NCBI GenBank assembly: GCA_964016885.1
Contig: CAXHJY010001278.1
Span: 1 to 33,734, forward strand
Direction: 5' to 3'
Source of the DNA: Eledone cirrhosa
Lineage: Eukaryota
Length of the DNA: 33,734 nucleotides
Part shown: positions 15,269 to 29,490 of the stretch, in pieces
Numbering within the stretch: position 1 is the stretch's first letter
How the letters are laid out: the number at the start of each line of letters is the position of its first letter
Translations under genes and position numbers: made by a program
The notes under the pieces: model-generated
Seen by the model: only the letters and a program-made list of their open reading frames with translations
What the model was told of the DNA's origin: nothing
Database searches by the model: none

Positions 15269-18183
15269 TACCTATATAACTATCTGTAACACTAACTTCA
15301 ACTAACTTCAAAAAACGTGACAATCACCTGATCACCTATAGATCCGGGGAACACACAAGCCAGGTAGATTATATCCTTACCAGAAGACGTGACAGAGTGT
15401 CTGTTGTTAACACTAAATCCCTCCCCCATGAAGAATGCACCTCCCAACATAGACTGATAATTAGCGACCTCATAGTCAGGACGAGACGTACTCGACAACA
15501 GAAGAGGACTATCCTCAGGAGGAAAATATGGAAGCTAAAGGACCCCACAGCCAGGAATAAATTTCAAAGCATATTACTTGATGCTTTCGACAGTAAGGAA
15601 GAACATTTAGAGTCGGACAATATAGAGGGAGAGTGGGAATTTCTGAAAGCAAACCTGCTGTTGGCGACAGACGAGGTCTGTGGCTGGAGCAGGCCTGTAG
15701 GCAGGAGGAGAGTAACATGGTGGTGGAACAGTAAGGTGGAGGGGTCAATTAAGGCCAAAAAGCAGGCTTGGAAAGTATGGCGGGATGGGGGAAGTAGAGA
15801 GGACTATCAAGTGGCCAGGAGGGAAGCTAGGAGACAAGTGTACTTAGCAAGAAGGGAAGCTGAGGAAAGAAAGTTCAAGCATGTTCTACAACGCGATGAC
15901 CAAAAACGTGAGGTGTTCAGGATTGCTAGGCAATGCGTCAAGGAAAACCGTGATATTGTCGGGGAGAAGTGTGTACTAAACGACGATGGCACACTTGCCA
16001 TCACCGACGCTGATAAGAAGGTAGCTTGGAAGTGTCACTATGAAAGGCTTCTAAATGAGGAGAATAATTGGGAGAAAGGCAGTCTCCCCCATATCGACCC
16101 AATAGAGGGACCAGCAGTGTTAGTCGAGGGGAGTATAATAAGTAAGGCAATCAAGGATATGAAGACTGGTAAGGCGGCTGGGCCTTCGGAAATAGTTGCT
16201 GAGATGCTGAAGGCATCTGGCACGGTGGGACACACCATGGTCACCCGCATAGTTAACCAAGTCGTACAGAATGGGGTTGTTCCGAAGGACTGGCATAGCA
16301 GCATCATCGTTAACTGTTATAAGGGTAAAGGAGACGCCCTAGATAGGAGTAACTATAGAGGCATTAAATTAATCGACCAGGTCATGAAGGTCACGGAAAG
16401 AGTAATAGCGCAACTAATCAGAGAGAGAATTGACCTAGATGAAATGCAGTTCGGGTTTGTGTCAGGCAAAAGTACCACAGACGCTCTTTTCATAGTACGA
16501 CAACTACAGGAGAAGTACCTAGCTAAAGGTAAACCCCTCTACTTAGCTTTTGTCGACTTGGAGAAAGCCTTCGACAGAGTCCCCCGCTCCATTATCTGGT
16601 GGGCTCTTAGAAAACTAGGCGTTGACGAATGGCTTGTGAGGGCTATACAAGCCATGTATAAAGAAACAGTCAGCAAGGTTAGAATTAACAACGAATATAG
16701 TGAAGAGTTTAGCGTAAAAGTCGGCGTCCATCAGGGCTCTGTTCTCAGTCCACTACTATTTATTATTGCCCTTCAGGCTATAACAGAGGAGTTCAAGACA
16801 GGCTGCCCATGGGAACTCCTATACGCAGACGACCTGACACTCATAGCGGAATCAATGGCCGAGCTAGAGAAGAAATTCCAAACATGGAAGCACGGCCTAG
16901 AGTCAAAAGGACTTAAAATTAACCTGGCTAAGACCAAAGTACTAGTTTGTAGGAAAGAAAACAAGGCGGCGGTCCCTTCTGGGAAATGGTCGTGCTCGGT
17001 GTGTAGGAAAGGCGTAGGTAGAAACTCCATTTTATGTCCTAAATGCAAAGTATGGGTGCATAAAAGATGTAGTGGGATCACAGGTAAGCTAACTAAGAAC
17101 ATAGATTTTACATGTGGCCGGTGCTCTGGTGCAATAAGTAGCAGCAAGTGCCCACAAACTACTAGCTCTTTCAATTGCGCAGAGGGTTCTATAGAAATAG
17201 TGGACAGCTTCCGTTACCTGGGCGATAAAATCAGCAGTGGGGGAGGGTGCTCTGAAAGTACTGTAGCTAGAGTCAGAACTGGTTGGAAAAAGTTCAGAGA
17301 GCTTATACCACTATTAGCTGCTAAAGGGTTCTCACTAAAAATGAAAGGCAGGTTGTACGATGCCTGCATACGAACAGCAATGCTGCATGGCAGTGAGACC
17401 TGGGCATTGTGTGCAGAGGATATACGCAGACTAGAGAGGAACGAAGCTTGCATGCTCCGCTGGATGTGTAACAGTAATATACGTGAACGGCAAAGCATAA
17501 ACGAACTAAGGAAAAAATTAGAGATAAGAGGGATCAGATGTTGTTTACTCGAGAGAAGGCTACGTTGGTATGGACACGTGATGCGCATGAAAGTCGATAG
17601 CTGTATAACAAAGTGCAGGGCAATAAAGATAGACGGTAGTCACGGAATAGGCAGACCTAGAAAAACCTGGGACGAGCTGATAAACTCCGACATCACACAC
17701 TTACACCTCTCCAAGACAATGTCACTGGACCGAGACCTTTGGCGGTACTCAGTAACAGAGAAGACTCGCCTTACCTAAATATATAGTAAAACCTACTCCA
17801 GCCAGTAGGCATCTCTAACAAAATACACCCCGTCCCACCACCCCCACCCCCACCCGATCCACACCACCCCGTTCTATGTAAAGTTATGTTGGTGCCGCGC
17901 CATCGAGGCCGAAACAAATGAGATCGTGTAGGTGTCACGACAAAAAAACACACAGTCCACGCTGTAATGTGGCCGTGTAGGCAACACGGTAAAAACCTCC
18001 CAGACCCACACTGTAAATGTGGTTGGTGTTAGGAAGGGCATCCAACTGTAGAAAACCTGCCAGACAGTCCTATGCGAGCAAGACAATCACTCTTGCCTCA
18101 AGTGGGACTACCCCCGTCCAAACCCATGCAAGCGTGGAACACGGACGTTAAACGTTGATGATGATGATGATGATGATGATGAT
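15269..18183 (+). mobile_element. RTE-clade LINE (subfamily A), truncated inside the APE endonuclease, with intact RT region, ~400-nt 3' UTR and (GAT)n tail
   Basis: End of APE domain ([24 protein letters not shown]...SQHRLII), WWWN, RT motifs, [16 protein letters not shown]; GAT repeat tail 18157-18183. Confidence 0.95.
15301..17778 (+). CDS. RTE LINE ORF (partial APE endonuclease, reverse transcriptase, embedded C4HC3 PHD-type finger)
   Basis: Open frame from 15301 (ORF track 15397-17778); [45 protein letters not shown]. Confidence 0.93.
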   Translation, partial: TNFKKRDNHLITYRSGEHTSQVDYILTRRRDRVSVVNTKSLPHEECTSQHRLIISDLIVRTRRTRQQKRTILRRKIWKLKDPTARNKFQSILLDAFDSKEEHLESDNIEGEWEFLKANLLLATDEVCGWSRPVGRRRVTWWWNSKVEGSIKAKKQAWKVWRDGGSREDYQVARREARRQVYLARREAEERKFKHVLQRDDQKREVFRIARQCVKENRDIVGEKCVLNDDGTLAITDADKKVAWKCHYERLLNEENNWEKGSLPHIDPIEGPAVLVEGSIISKAIKDMKTGKAAGPSEIVAEMLKASGTVGHTMVTRIVNQVVQNGVVPKDWHSSIIVNCYKGKGDALDRSNYRGIKLIDQVMKVTERVIAQLIRERIDLDEMQFGFVSGKSTTDALFIVRQLQEKYLAKGKPLYLAFVDLEKAFDRVPRSIIWWALRKLGVDEWLVRAIQAMYKETVSKVRINNEYSEEFSVKVGVHQGSVLSPLLFIIALQAITEEFKTGCPWELLYADDLTLIAESMAELEKKFQTWKHGLESKGLKINLAKTKVLVCRKENKAAVPSGKWSCSVCRKGVGRNSILCPKCKVWVHKRCSGITGKLTKNIDFTCGRCSGAISSSKCPQTTSSFNCAEGSIEIVDSFRYLGDKISSGGGCSESTVARVRTGWKKFRELIPLLAAKGFSLKMKGRLYDACIRTAMLHGSETWALCAEDIRRLERNEACMLRWMCNSNIRERQSINELRKKLEIRGIRCCLLERRLRWYGHVMRMKVDSCITKCRAIKIDGSHGIGRPRKTWDELINSDITHLHLSKTMSLDRDLWRYSVTEKTRLT

Positions 18184-19382
<1,199 letters not shown>

Positions 19383-21925
19383 CAGCCTCTGGCAGGGAAG
19401 CAGTGGAATCACTTCTTGACTTCATGGATGATTTCTTCCTATCCCAACTGGTGCTCGAACCAACGAGGTGCCACAAAAACGTCCTAGACTTAATTTTCAG
19501 CAATCACACTGACAATATCCACAATATTGCAGTGGAGAAAACTCTACTCTCTGATCATGACATGGTTCTCTGTGATCTGAGATTCCACCGTCCAATATAC
19601 AAACCCAATGTCATCTCTCCTGTCCATCCGTTTGACGCTATGGATTTCCACAATGCAAACTGGGAAGCGATCAGTCATGATCTTGCACATGTCGACTGGT
19701 CCTTCACGCACACTCATACACCCACTAACATCAAAAAGTCCTGGCAGACATTTGTGGACACTGTTACAAACATATGTGCAAAACACACCCCATTAAGAAC
19801 TATAAACAAATCTAAGAGCAGAATCCCTAGAAATAGAAAAACGCTCATCAGAAAAATTAAGAGAACGAACAAAAAAATCAACAAGCTGAAATACTGTCAG
19901 CAGCAACACATCAACTTGACTGCCATTTCATCACTAGAGATTAAAAAACATAACCTCCAAAACAACATAATGTCCCTCATCAACAATCAGAGAAGAGCTG
20001 AAGAGGCCTGGGCCATTGAGAAGATCAAACTCAATCCCAAAGTGTTCTTTTCATTTGCAAAAAAACACAAAATCACTGGCTCTACTGTTGGCCCTCTAAT
20101 TGATGAAAATGGCACTCTTCAAGACAATGCTAAAACCATGGGTGAGATACTGCAGAAACAATACTGCTCTGTTTTCAGCAATCCTGATATGGCCGATCTG
20201 GGCTGTATCGGCGATGTTACTCCCCATTACACCTTATCGGACATAACGTTTGGCGCCCCTGATGTCTTAGCGGCAATAAAGGAAATCAAGCATAATTCAG
20301 CAGTAGGTCCCGATAGGTTCCCTGCTTGTGTCTTGAAGGCGTGTCAACACCAACTTGCATCTCCTCTTGCCAATCTGTGGCGGAACTCACTGGATGCTGG
20401 ATATGTGCCAGAAAACCTTCTATCCCAGTCTGTTGTCCCAGTTTTCAAAAAGGGAAACAAATCCCTTGCCGTGAATTACCGTCCAATCTCACTCACCTCT
20501 CATATCATTAAGGTATTTGAGAGAGTGGTGAGATCGCGAATGACCCACTTCCTTGAGAGTAACAATATGCTGAACTCCAACCAGCATGGATTCCGTAATG
20601 GAAGGGATTGCCTGACGCAGCTACTGCATCACTTTGATGACATTTTGAGAGCCTTGGGAGAGGGTTCCAACACTGATGTTATCTACCTTGATTTCAGCAA
20701 GGCCTTTGACAGGGTTGATCATAACATTCTACTGAGAAAGCTGTCCAATATTGGTGTCACTAGAAAGCTGCTGCAGTGGATCAAGAGCTTCCTGTCAAAT
20801 AGAACCCAACATGTTGTAGTTGAAGGAGTCAAATCCAGCCCAGCCAAAGTCAGTAGTGGGGTCCCACAAGGCACTGTGTTGGGCCCACTTCTCTTCATCA
20901 TCTATATTAATGACATCACTGACATCATCAAACACAGCAACATTAAAATTTTCGCTGATGATTCCAAGCTCCAAAAGGTCATCAATGGCGTGGATGACCG
21001 GATAAGCCTTCAGTCAGACCTACTGGCTGTTACCCAATGGGCGGAAAAGAACAACATGTTACTGAACGAAGACAAATTCGAACTGATCCACTTTGGAAAA
21101 GAGGATGCTCTGAAACTCCCGTACTCCCTTCCCTCCGGGGAAACTCTCGTGGCATCTAACAACATCAGAGACTTGGGAGTAACCGTGGACAGCAACATAA
21201 GCTGGGCCACGCATATAAGCAGCAAAGTTGACATGGCCCGCAGAATGTGTTCCTGGATCCTCAGAACCTTCCAGTCGAGAGATTCCCACACCATTATCCT
21301 TCTCTTCTCTACTTTTGCCCGACCACACCTTGAATACTGTTGTCCACTGTGGTCTCCCCACACGAAACAAAGTATCATGAAACTTGAAGCTTCTCAAAGG
21401 GCAATCACGAAAAAGATAGATGGCATGTCAGACCTTGACTACTGGGGTCGACTAGAAAACCTGAAACTTTACTCACTCCAACGTCGCCGTGAGCGTTATA
21501 TTATCTGCATGATGTGGAAAATGTTCCATCAACACTGCCCAAATGATGTTGGCATCGCCTTCAAGATACACCCAAGGCTTGGGCCCCGTGCTATCCGTCC
21601 CATTCAAAAATCTAAATCGCAACACATAACAACAATACGGCACAATTATTTCACCTCAATCGGCCCTGCTCTCTTCAACATCACACCAGGACACGTCAAA
21701 ACAGAAACTGACCACACAAAATTCAAGAAGTCTTTGGACAAATTCCTCCAAGTAATCCCGGACAAACCACCCACACCCGGATATGTCTCCGCAAACAGTA
21801 ATTCTCTTCTCGAATGGGCCATGGTGCCCAAATCCTGAATTGAAAGACTTCGCCAGGTGGTGCTATTAAGTTAGACATGGCCTGGGCCAATACTGGCCAA
21901 AACATTTCAAAGTTATTCAAAGTTA
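19383..21925 (+). mobile_element. 5'-truncated CR1-like LINE, copy 1
   Basis: ORF 19403-21838; short 3' UTR with ggcca-atac-tggcc hairpin and (TTCAAAGTTA)x2 tail. Confidence 0.92.
19403..21838 (+). CDS. CR1-like ORF2 (end of APE endonuclease + reverse transcriptase), N-terminally truncated
   Basis: [91 protein letters not shown]. Confidence 0.92.
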   Translation: MESLLDFMDDFFLSQLVLEPTRCHKNVLDLIFSNHTDNIHNIAVEKTLLSDHDMVLCDLRFHRPIYKPNVISPVHPFDAMDFHNANWEAISHDLAHVDWSFTHTHTPTNIKKSWQTFVDTVTNICAKHTPLRTINKSKSRIPRNRKTLIRKIKRTNKKINKLKYCQQQHINLTAISSLEIKKHNLQNNIMSLINNQRRAEEAWAIEKIKLNPKVFFSFAKKHKITGSTVGPLIDENGTLQDNAKTMGEILQKQYCSVFSNPDMADLGCIGDVTPHYTLSDITFGAPDVLAAIKEIKHNSAVGPDRFPACVLKACQHQLASPLANLWRNSLDAGYVPENLLSQSVVPVFKKGNKSLAVNYRPISLTSHIIKVFERVVRSRMTHFLESNNMLNSNQHGFRNGRDCLTQLLHHFDDILRALGEGSNTDVIYLDFSKAFDRVDHNILLRKLSNIGVTRKLLQWIKSFLSNRTQHVVVEGVKSSPAKVSSGVPQGTVLGPLLFIIYINDITDIIKHSNIKIFADDSKLQKVINGVDDRISLQSDLLAVTQWAEKNNMLLNEDKFELIHFGKEDALKLPYSLPSGETLVASNNIRDLGVTVDSNISWATHISSKVDMARRMCSWILRTFQSRDSHTIILLFSTFARPHLEYCCPLWSPHTKQSIMKLEASQRAITKKIDGMSDLDYWGRLENLKLYSLQRRRERYIICMMWKMFHQHCPNDVGIAFKIHPRLGPRAIRPIQKSKSQHITTIRHNYFTSIGPALFNITPGHVKTETDHTKFKKSLDKFLQVIPDKPPTPGYVSANSNSLLEWAMVPKS

Positions 21926-21926
21926 C

Positions 21927-21973
<47 letters not shown>

Positions 21974-21989
21974 CATATATATATATATA

Positions 21990-22582
21990 GTTTTGCGAGG
22001 TTTTTTATATGAAATCGTGTGTCGAAACAAATATTGTTATACTTGGGGAGGGTCATATTTGTGTAATATTGCCAGAATTAATAACAGAACACACTCACTG
22101 TTTGGTTGGTTTTCGCTTCTCACTTCTGTGTCTTTTATATCGGTAATCTAACTTACTCGGTCCTCAATGTTGCCATAAACATACACTAGTCACCCATCAC
22201 ACAGCAAACAAAATACTATACACACACGCAAACGCATGCGCAAAGAAGACAAAATAAAATAATCAAACAAGCAAATAAATAAATAAATATATAGACAGAC
22301 TGAATAAAAATGGCGTAGACATACAATACAACAGGAGGAAAAGATAGCACCACTGAAAGATTTATGCAACGAAAGATTTATGATAAACTATATATATGTG
22401 TTTGTGTCTATATTGTATCTGTATTATTTTTGACCGTCGTTCAGTCAATGGCAACATTGAGGACCGAGTAAGTTAGATTACCGATATAAAAGACACAGCG
22501 AGAAGCGAAAACCAACCAAACAGTGAGTGTGTTCTGTTATTAATTCTGGCAATATTACACAAATATGACCCTCCCCAAGTAT

Positions 22583-22590
<8 letters not shown>
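21990..22590. mobile_element. Non-coding PLE pLTR unit (relative of the 11874-13816 family) with ~145-bp inverted arms
   Basis: 22031-22176 is the reverse complement of 22448-22590; terminus atgaccctcccc-aagtataacaatat and tail tttcgacacacgatttca (minus, 21990-22030) match 27506-27572. Confidence 0.8.
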
Positions 22591-22648
<58 letters not shown>

Positions 22649-22667
22649 GTATATATATATACATATG

Positions 22668-22699
<32 letters not shown>

Positions 22700-22818
22700 C
22701 ATATATATATATATACATATATATACATATATATATATATACATATATATACATATATATATACATATATATATATATATACATATATATACATATATAT
22801 AGACATATAAATATATAC

Positions 22819-22891
<73 letters not shown>

Positions 22892-22904
22892 CATATATAT
22901 ATAC

Positions 22905-22993
<89 letters not shown>

Positions 22994-23010
22994 CACATAT
23001 ATACATATAC

Positions 23011-23081
<71 letters not shown>

Positions 23082-23134
23082 TATATACACATATATATAT
23101 ATATACATATATATATACATATATATATACATAT
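22591..23134. repeat. (TA)n/(CATA)n microsatellite, largely a duplicate of part of 18390-19382
   Basis: Shares the marker agacatataaatatatacat (18621 and 22801) and the surrounding unit pattern. Confidence 0.97.
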
Positions 23135-25665
23135 CAGCCTCTGGCAGGGAAGCAGTGGAATCACTTCTTGACTTCATGGATGATTTCTTCCTATCCCAAC
23201 TGGTGCTCGAACCAACGAGGTGCCACAAAAACGTCCTAGACTTAATTTTCAGCAATCACACTGACAATATCCACAATATTGCAGTGGAGAAAACTCTACT
23301 CTCTGATCATGACATGGTTCTCTGTGATCTGAGATTCCACCGTCCAATATACAAACCCAATGTCATCTCTCCTGTCCATCCGTTTGACGCTATGGATTTC
23401 CACAATGCAAACTGGGAAGCGATCAGTCATGATCTTGCACATGTCGACTGGTCCTTCACGCACACTCATACACCCACTAACATCAAAAAGTCCTGGCAGA
23501 CATTTGTGGACACTGTTACAAACATATGTGCAAAACACACCCCATTAAGAACTATAAACAAATCTAAGAGCAGAATCCCTAGAAATAGAAAAACGCTCAT
23601 CAGAAAAATTAAGAGAACGAACAAAAAAATCAACAAGCTGAAATACTGTCAGCAGCAACACATCAACTTGACTGCCATTTCATCACTAGAGATTAAAAAA
23701 CATAACCTCCAAAACAACATAATGTCCCTCATCAACAATCAGAGAAGAGCTGAAGAGGCCTGGGCCATTGAGAAGATCAAACTCAATCCCAAAGTGTTCT
23801 TTTCATTTGCAAAAAAACACAAAATCACTGGCTCTACTGTTGGCCCTCTAATTGATGAAAATGGCACTCTTCAAGACAATGCTAAAACCATGGGTGAGAT
23901 ACTGCAGAAACAATACTGCTCTGTTTTCAGCAATCCTGATATGGCCGATCTGGGCTGTATCGGCGATGTTACTCCCCATTACACCTTATCGGACATAACG
24001 TTTGGCGCCCCTGATGTCTTAGCGGCAATAAAGGAAATCAAGCATAATTCAGCAGTAGGTCCCGATAGGTTCCCTGCTTGTGTCTTGAAGGCGTGTCAAC
24101 ACCAACTTGCATCTCCTCTTGCCAATCTGTGGCGGAACTCACTGGATGCTGGATATGTGCCAGAAAACCTTCTATCCCAGTCTGTTGTCCCAGTTTTCAA
24201 AAAGGGAAACAAATCCCTTGCCGTGAATTACCGTCCAATCTCACTCACCTCTCATATCATTAAGGTATTTGAGAGAGTGGTGAGATCGCGAATGACCCAC
24301 TTCCTTGAGAGTAACAATATGCTGAACTCCAACCAGCATGGATTCCGTAATGGAAGGGATTGCCTGACGCAGCTACTGCATCACTTTGATGACATTTTGA
24401 GAGCCTTGGGAGAGGGTTCCAACACTGATGTTATCTACCTTGATTTCAGCAAGGCCTTTGACAGGGTTGATCATAACATTCTACTGAGAAAGCTGTCCAA
24501 TATTGGTGTCACTAGAAAGCTGCTGCAGTGGATCAAGAGCTTCCTGTCAAACAGAACCCAACATGTTGTAGTTGAGGGAGTCAAATCAAGCCCAGCCAAA
24601 GTCAGTAGTGGAGTCCCACAAGGCACTGTGTTGGGCCCACTTCTCTTCATCATCTATATTAATGACATCACTGACATCATCAAACACAGCAACATTAAAA
24701 TTTTCGCTGATGATTCCAAGCTCCAAAAGGTCATCAATGGCGTGGATGACCGGATAAGCCTTCAGTCAGACCTACTGGCTGTTACCCAATGGGCGGAAAA
24801 GAACAACATGTTACTGAACGAAGACAAATTCGAACTGATCCACTTTGGAAAAGAGGATGCTCTGAAACTCCCGTACTCCCTTCCCTCCGGGGAAACTCTC
24901 GTGGCATCTAACAACATCAGAGACTTGGGAGTAACCGTGGACAGCAACATAAGCTGGGCCACGCATATAAGCAGCAAAGTTGACATGGCCCGCAGAATGT
25001 GTTCCTGGATCCTCAGAACCTTCCAGTCGAGAGATTCCCACACCATTATCCTTCTCTTCTCTACTTTTGCCCGACCACACCTTGAATACTGTTGTCCACT
25101 GTGGTCTCCCCACACGAAACAAAGTATCATGAAACTTGAAGCTTCTCAAAGGGCAATCACGAAAAAGATAGATGGCATGTCAGACCTTGACTACTGGGGT
25201 CGACTAGAAAACCTGAAACTTTACTCACTCCAACGTCGCCGTGAGCGTTATATTATCTGCATGATGTGGAAAATGTTCCATCAACACTGCCCAAATGATG
25301 TTGGCATCGCCTTCAAGATACACCCAAGGCTTGGGCCCCGTGCTATCCGTCCCATTCAAAAATCTAAATCGCAACACATAACAACAATACGGCACAATTA
25401 TTTCACCTCAATCGGCCCTGCTCTCTTCAACATCACACCAGGACACGTCAAAACAGAAACTGACCACAAAATTCAAGAAGTCTTTGGACAAATTCCTCCA
25501 AGTAATCTCGGACAAGCCACCCACACCCGGATATGTCTCCGCAAACAGTAATTCTCTTCTCGAATGGGCCATGGTGCCCAAATCCTGAATTGAAAGACTT
25601 CGCCAGGTGGTGCTATTAAGTTAGACATGGCCTGGGTCAATACTGGCCAAAACATTTCAAAGTTA
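23135..25665 (+). mobile_element. 5'-truncated CR1-like LINE, copy 2 (tandem duplicate; 2-bp deletion near 25465 frameshifts the C-terminus)
   Basis: Same 5' junction atatcagcctctgg; ORF 23155-25551 identical in protein to copy 1 up to ...KTETDH. Confidence 0.92.
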
Positions 25666-25722
25666 TATATATACATATATATATACAGATATATATATAT
25701 ATATATACATATATATATACAC

Positions 25723-25811
<89 letters not shown>

Positions 25812-25972
25812 GATATACATATACATATATATACATATATATATACACATATATATATATACATATATATATACACATATATATATATATACATATATAT
25901 ATATACACATATATATATATATACATATATATATACACATATATATATATACATATATATATACATATATAT
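25666..25972. repeat. (TA)n/(CATA)n microsatellite
   Basis: Direct reading. Confidence 0.98.
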
Positions 25973-26297
25973 ATCATCATTTCATTTTACGTCCACTTTT
26001 CCCTGCTTGCAAGGGTGGGATGGGAACTGATTCTGGCTTCATTTCTAAAGCGGGATGCCCTTCCTAACACCAACCTCATTTACAGTGAGTGCTGGGTGCT
26101 TTTTTGCCGTTGCACCTCCACGACCACTTTGCAGTGGAATGATAGGGACCCCATCTCATTTCTACAGTTGAGTAAACTGGAGCAATGTGAAATAAAGTGT
26201 CTTGCTCAAGGAAACAACACATCACCTGGTCTGAGAATTGAACTCACAACCTTTCGATTGCAAGGCCAATGCTCTAACCACTAAGCCATGTGCCTCC
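25973..26297 (-). mobile_element. Full-length tRNA-derived SINE with CORE-like body and RTE-derived 3' tail
   Basis: Pol III A box TGGCTTAGTGG (26278-26288), B box GAGTTCAATTC (26235-26245), ccttgagcaagacactt...ctgtagaaatg CORE-like segment, RTE-type ggttggtgttaggaagggcatcc, gatgat end. Confidence 0.88.
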
Positions 26298-26508
<211 letters not shown>

Positions 26509-26656
26509 TAGGAAGGGCATCCAACTGTAGAAAACCCGCCAGACAGTCCTATGCGAGCAAGACAACCACTCTTGCCTCAAGTGGGAAAACCCCCGTCCAA
26601 ACCCATGCAAGCGTGGAACACGGACGCTAAACCTGATGATGATGATGATGATGATG

Positions 26657-26658
<2 letters not shown>
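26509..26658 (+). mobile_element. RTE LINE 3'-terminal fragment (subfamily B) with (GAT)n tail
   Basis: Matches the reverse complement of ~13815-13965 including aacccgcc, acaaccact, gggaaaacccc. Confidence 0.9.
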
Positions 26659-27282
<624 letters not shown>

Positions 27283-27589
27283 AGGATAGAAGAAAGGAAA
27301 GGCACAGAAACGAAGAAAGAAATCCCCAGTCACTGAAGAGGTCACAGAGTGTGTGACGAAAGAACTATGACTATATATATATAAACAACTATCTGGTTGT
27401 GGAACCAACCAACCAACCAGAAATTTATAAATTTGTAAATTTATAAATATATAATAAATTAAATTGAAGTGAAAGCAACTGGTGCGTGTGTTTCTTATTG
27501 GCAACATGACCCTCCCAAAGTATAACAATATCGGTTTCAACACACGATTTCAGATAAAGAATCTTGCTAAACAAATTCAGAAATGAAAT
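27283..27589 (+). mobile_element. Solo PLE pLTR + tail (same family as 11874-13816)
   Basis: 27283-27530 matches the reverse complement of ~11874-12115; 27528-27589 matches 13755-13816. Confidence 0.87.
27328..27372 (+). ncRNA. Minimal type I hammerhead ribozyme
   Basis: Stem I agtca/tgact; CTGAAGA 27333-27339; extra G; stem II gtcaca/tgtgac; GAAA 27358-27361; short stem III AGAACT; CTA triplet ending at 27367. Confidence 0.82.
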
Positions 27590-27828
27590 ATGTATGTATA
27601 TGTATATATCTATGTATATATATATGTATATATGTATATATATGTATATATATATGTATATATATGTATATATATGTATATATGTATATATATATGTATA
27701 TATATGTATATATATGTATATATGTATATATATGTATATATGTATATATATGTATATATATGTATATATATATGTGTATATATATATGTATATATATATG
27801 TGTATATATATATGTATATATATATATG

Positions 27829-27859
<31 letters not shown>

Positions 27860-27892
27860 GTATATATATGTATATATGTATATATATATGTA

Positions 27893-27947
<55 letters not shown>

Positions 27948-27972
27948 GTATATATATGTATATATATATATG

Positions 27973-28051
<79 letters not shown>

Positions 28052-28068
28052 GTATATATATACATATG

Positions 28069-28099
<31 letters not shown>

Positions 28100-28144
28100 G
28101 TATATATATATATGTATGTATATATATATATGTATATATATATG

Positions 28145-28177
<33 letters not shown>

Positions 28178-28276
28178 GTATATATATGTATATATATATG
28201 TATATATATGTGTATATATATGTATATATATATATGTATATATATGTGTATATATATATATATGTATATATATGTG

Positions 28277-28309
<33 letters not shown>

Positions 28310-28395
28310 GTATATATATGTATGTATATATATGTATATATATGTATGTATATACATATGTATGTATATATATATGTATGTATATATATATGTGT

Positions 28396-28433
<38 letters not shown>

Positions 28434-28456
28434 GTATATATATATATATATATGTA
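27590..28456. repeat. (TA)n/(TATG)n microsatellite
   Basis: Direct reading. Confidence 0.99.
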
Positions 28457-28595
28457 TTAGAAAGTGAGGGTTTTTTTTACAAAATGAAAAATAACCGAGG
28501 TGTCCTACACGAGTGAAAGTATAAAGAAAAAGAGATGAAATCGAAAATGCAACTGGTGTCTTATTTTTAAAAAAAATATATATATTTATTTGGTT

Positions 28596-28633
28596 CCTTT
28601 ACCGGTTTCGCAGTTCTTCTGCTTTTCAAAAGG
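28596..28633 (-). ncRNA. Minimal type I hammerhead ribozyme with U3/A8 variant core
   Basis: Minus strand reads CCTT-TTGAAAA-GCAG-aagaa-CTGC-GAAA-CCGG-TA-AAGG: stems I and II paired, palindromic ACCGGT stem III, GTA triplet. Confidence 0.8.
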
Positions 28634-28850
28634 TGAGTTGAGATGGAGGGTCTGTGGTTTTTCTCACATCTGGTTGGTCTCTGAATGTTACTTATTTTAT
28701 ATGGAAAAATTGGCTCGAAATGCCAGGTTTTTCGAGAAGTAATTTGATTGGTTTGTCAATAATTATAATAAATTTCGCGCCAGTTCGCGTTACAATAGTT
28801 CTTCAAATAAGAGGGGGGAGGTTGTCACAGGTTGTTTTTTCATATATGAG

Positions 28851-29148
28851 TGTTTGAATTTCTTTTTACTTGAAAAAAGGGGCTCACGAAGGCTTTTTTT
28901 GGTTGGTTATAAATGAAATTATGGCTGTCACGTAAACAAGTTTTCATTAAATTTCCGTGCCCTTATTTGGAAATCCATTCTGTAGCCTTTTTAGAGAATT
29001 TTATAAGTGAAAGATAATGGTCAAGAGAAAGGGATGGGAGAATTGTTCTGGTTCAGTGAATATGGTTAGTTCGCTGGGGTGTCAGAATTCAGATTTTCTA
29101 TTGAATAAAGAAAGTAAAGATATGTATGTTTATTTGTGTGCTTGTGTG

Positions 29149-29179
<31 letters not shown>

Positions 29180-29490
29180 TTGAATTTCTTTACTTAAAAA
29201 AAAAGGTGGCTCATGAAGGCTCTTTTTAATAAACGTGATTTGATTGGTTATAAATGAAATTTGGTTGTCACGTGACCAAGTTTTCATTACATTTTTGCGC
29301 CCTTATTTGGAAATCTATTCTGTAGCCTTTATAGAGAATGTTATGACAATGGAAAGATAGTGGTCAAGAGAAATGGGATTGGGAGAATTGTTCTGGTTCA
29401 GTGAATATGGTTAGTTCGCTGGGGTGTCAGAGTTCAGATTTTCTATTAAAGTAAAGATATGTATGTTTATTTGTGTGCTTGTGTGTGTGT
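28851..29490. repeat. Diverged tandem duplication (~326-bp period) in the Neptune-like 3' UTR
   Basis: tgtttgaatttcttt...ggctca.gaaggc...gcccttatttggaaatc.attctgtagcc...ggttagttcgctggggtgtcaga occurs from 28851 and from 29177. Confidence 0.9.

Noticed and set aside
15291-15310. Programmed frameshift at the start of the RTE ORF
   Set aside because: Explained by a simple 10-bp tandem duplication (actaacttca x2) near the truncation point
26225-26297. tRNA gene
   Set aside because: A and B boxes are present but there is no convincing acceptor stem, and it continues into CORE-like and RTE-derived sequence; it is a SINE head
28545-28566. aataaga..caccagttgc similarity between the Neptune-like 3' end and 11912-11936
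   Set aside because: Only ~10 nt, and in opposite orientation relative to each element's sense strand; likely chance
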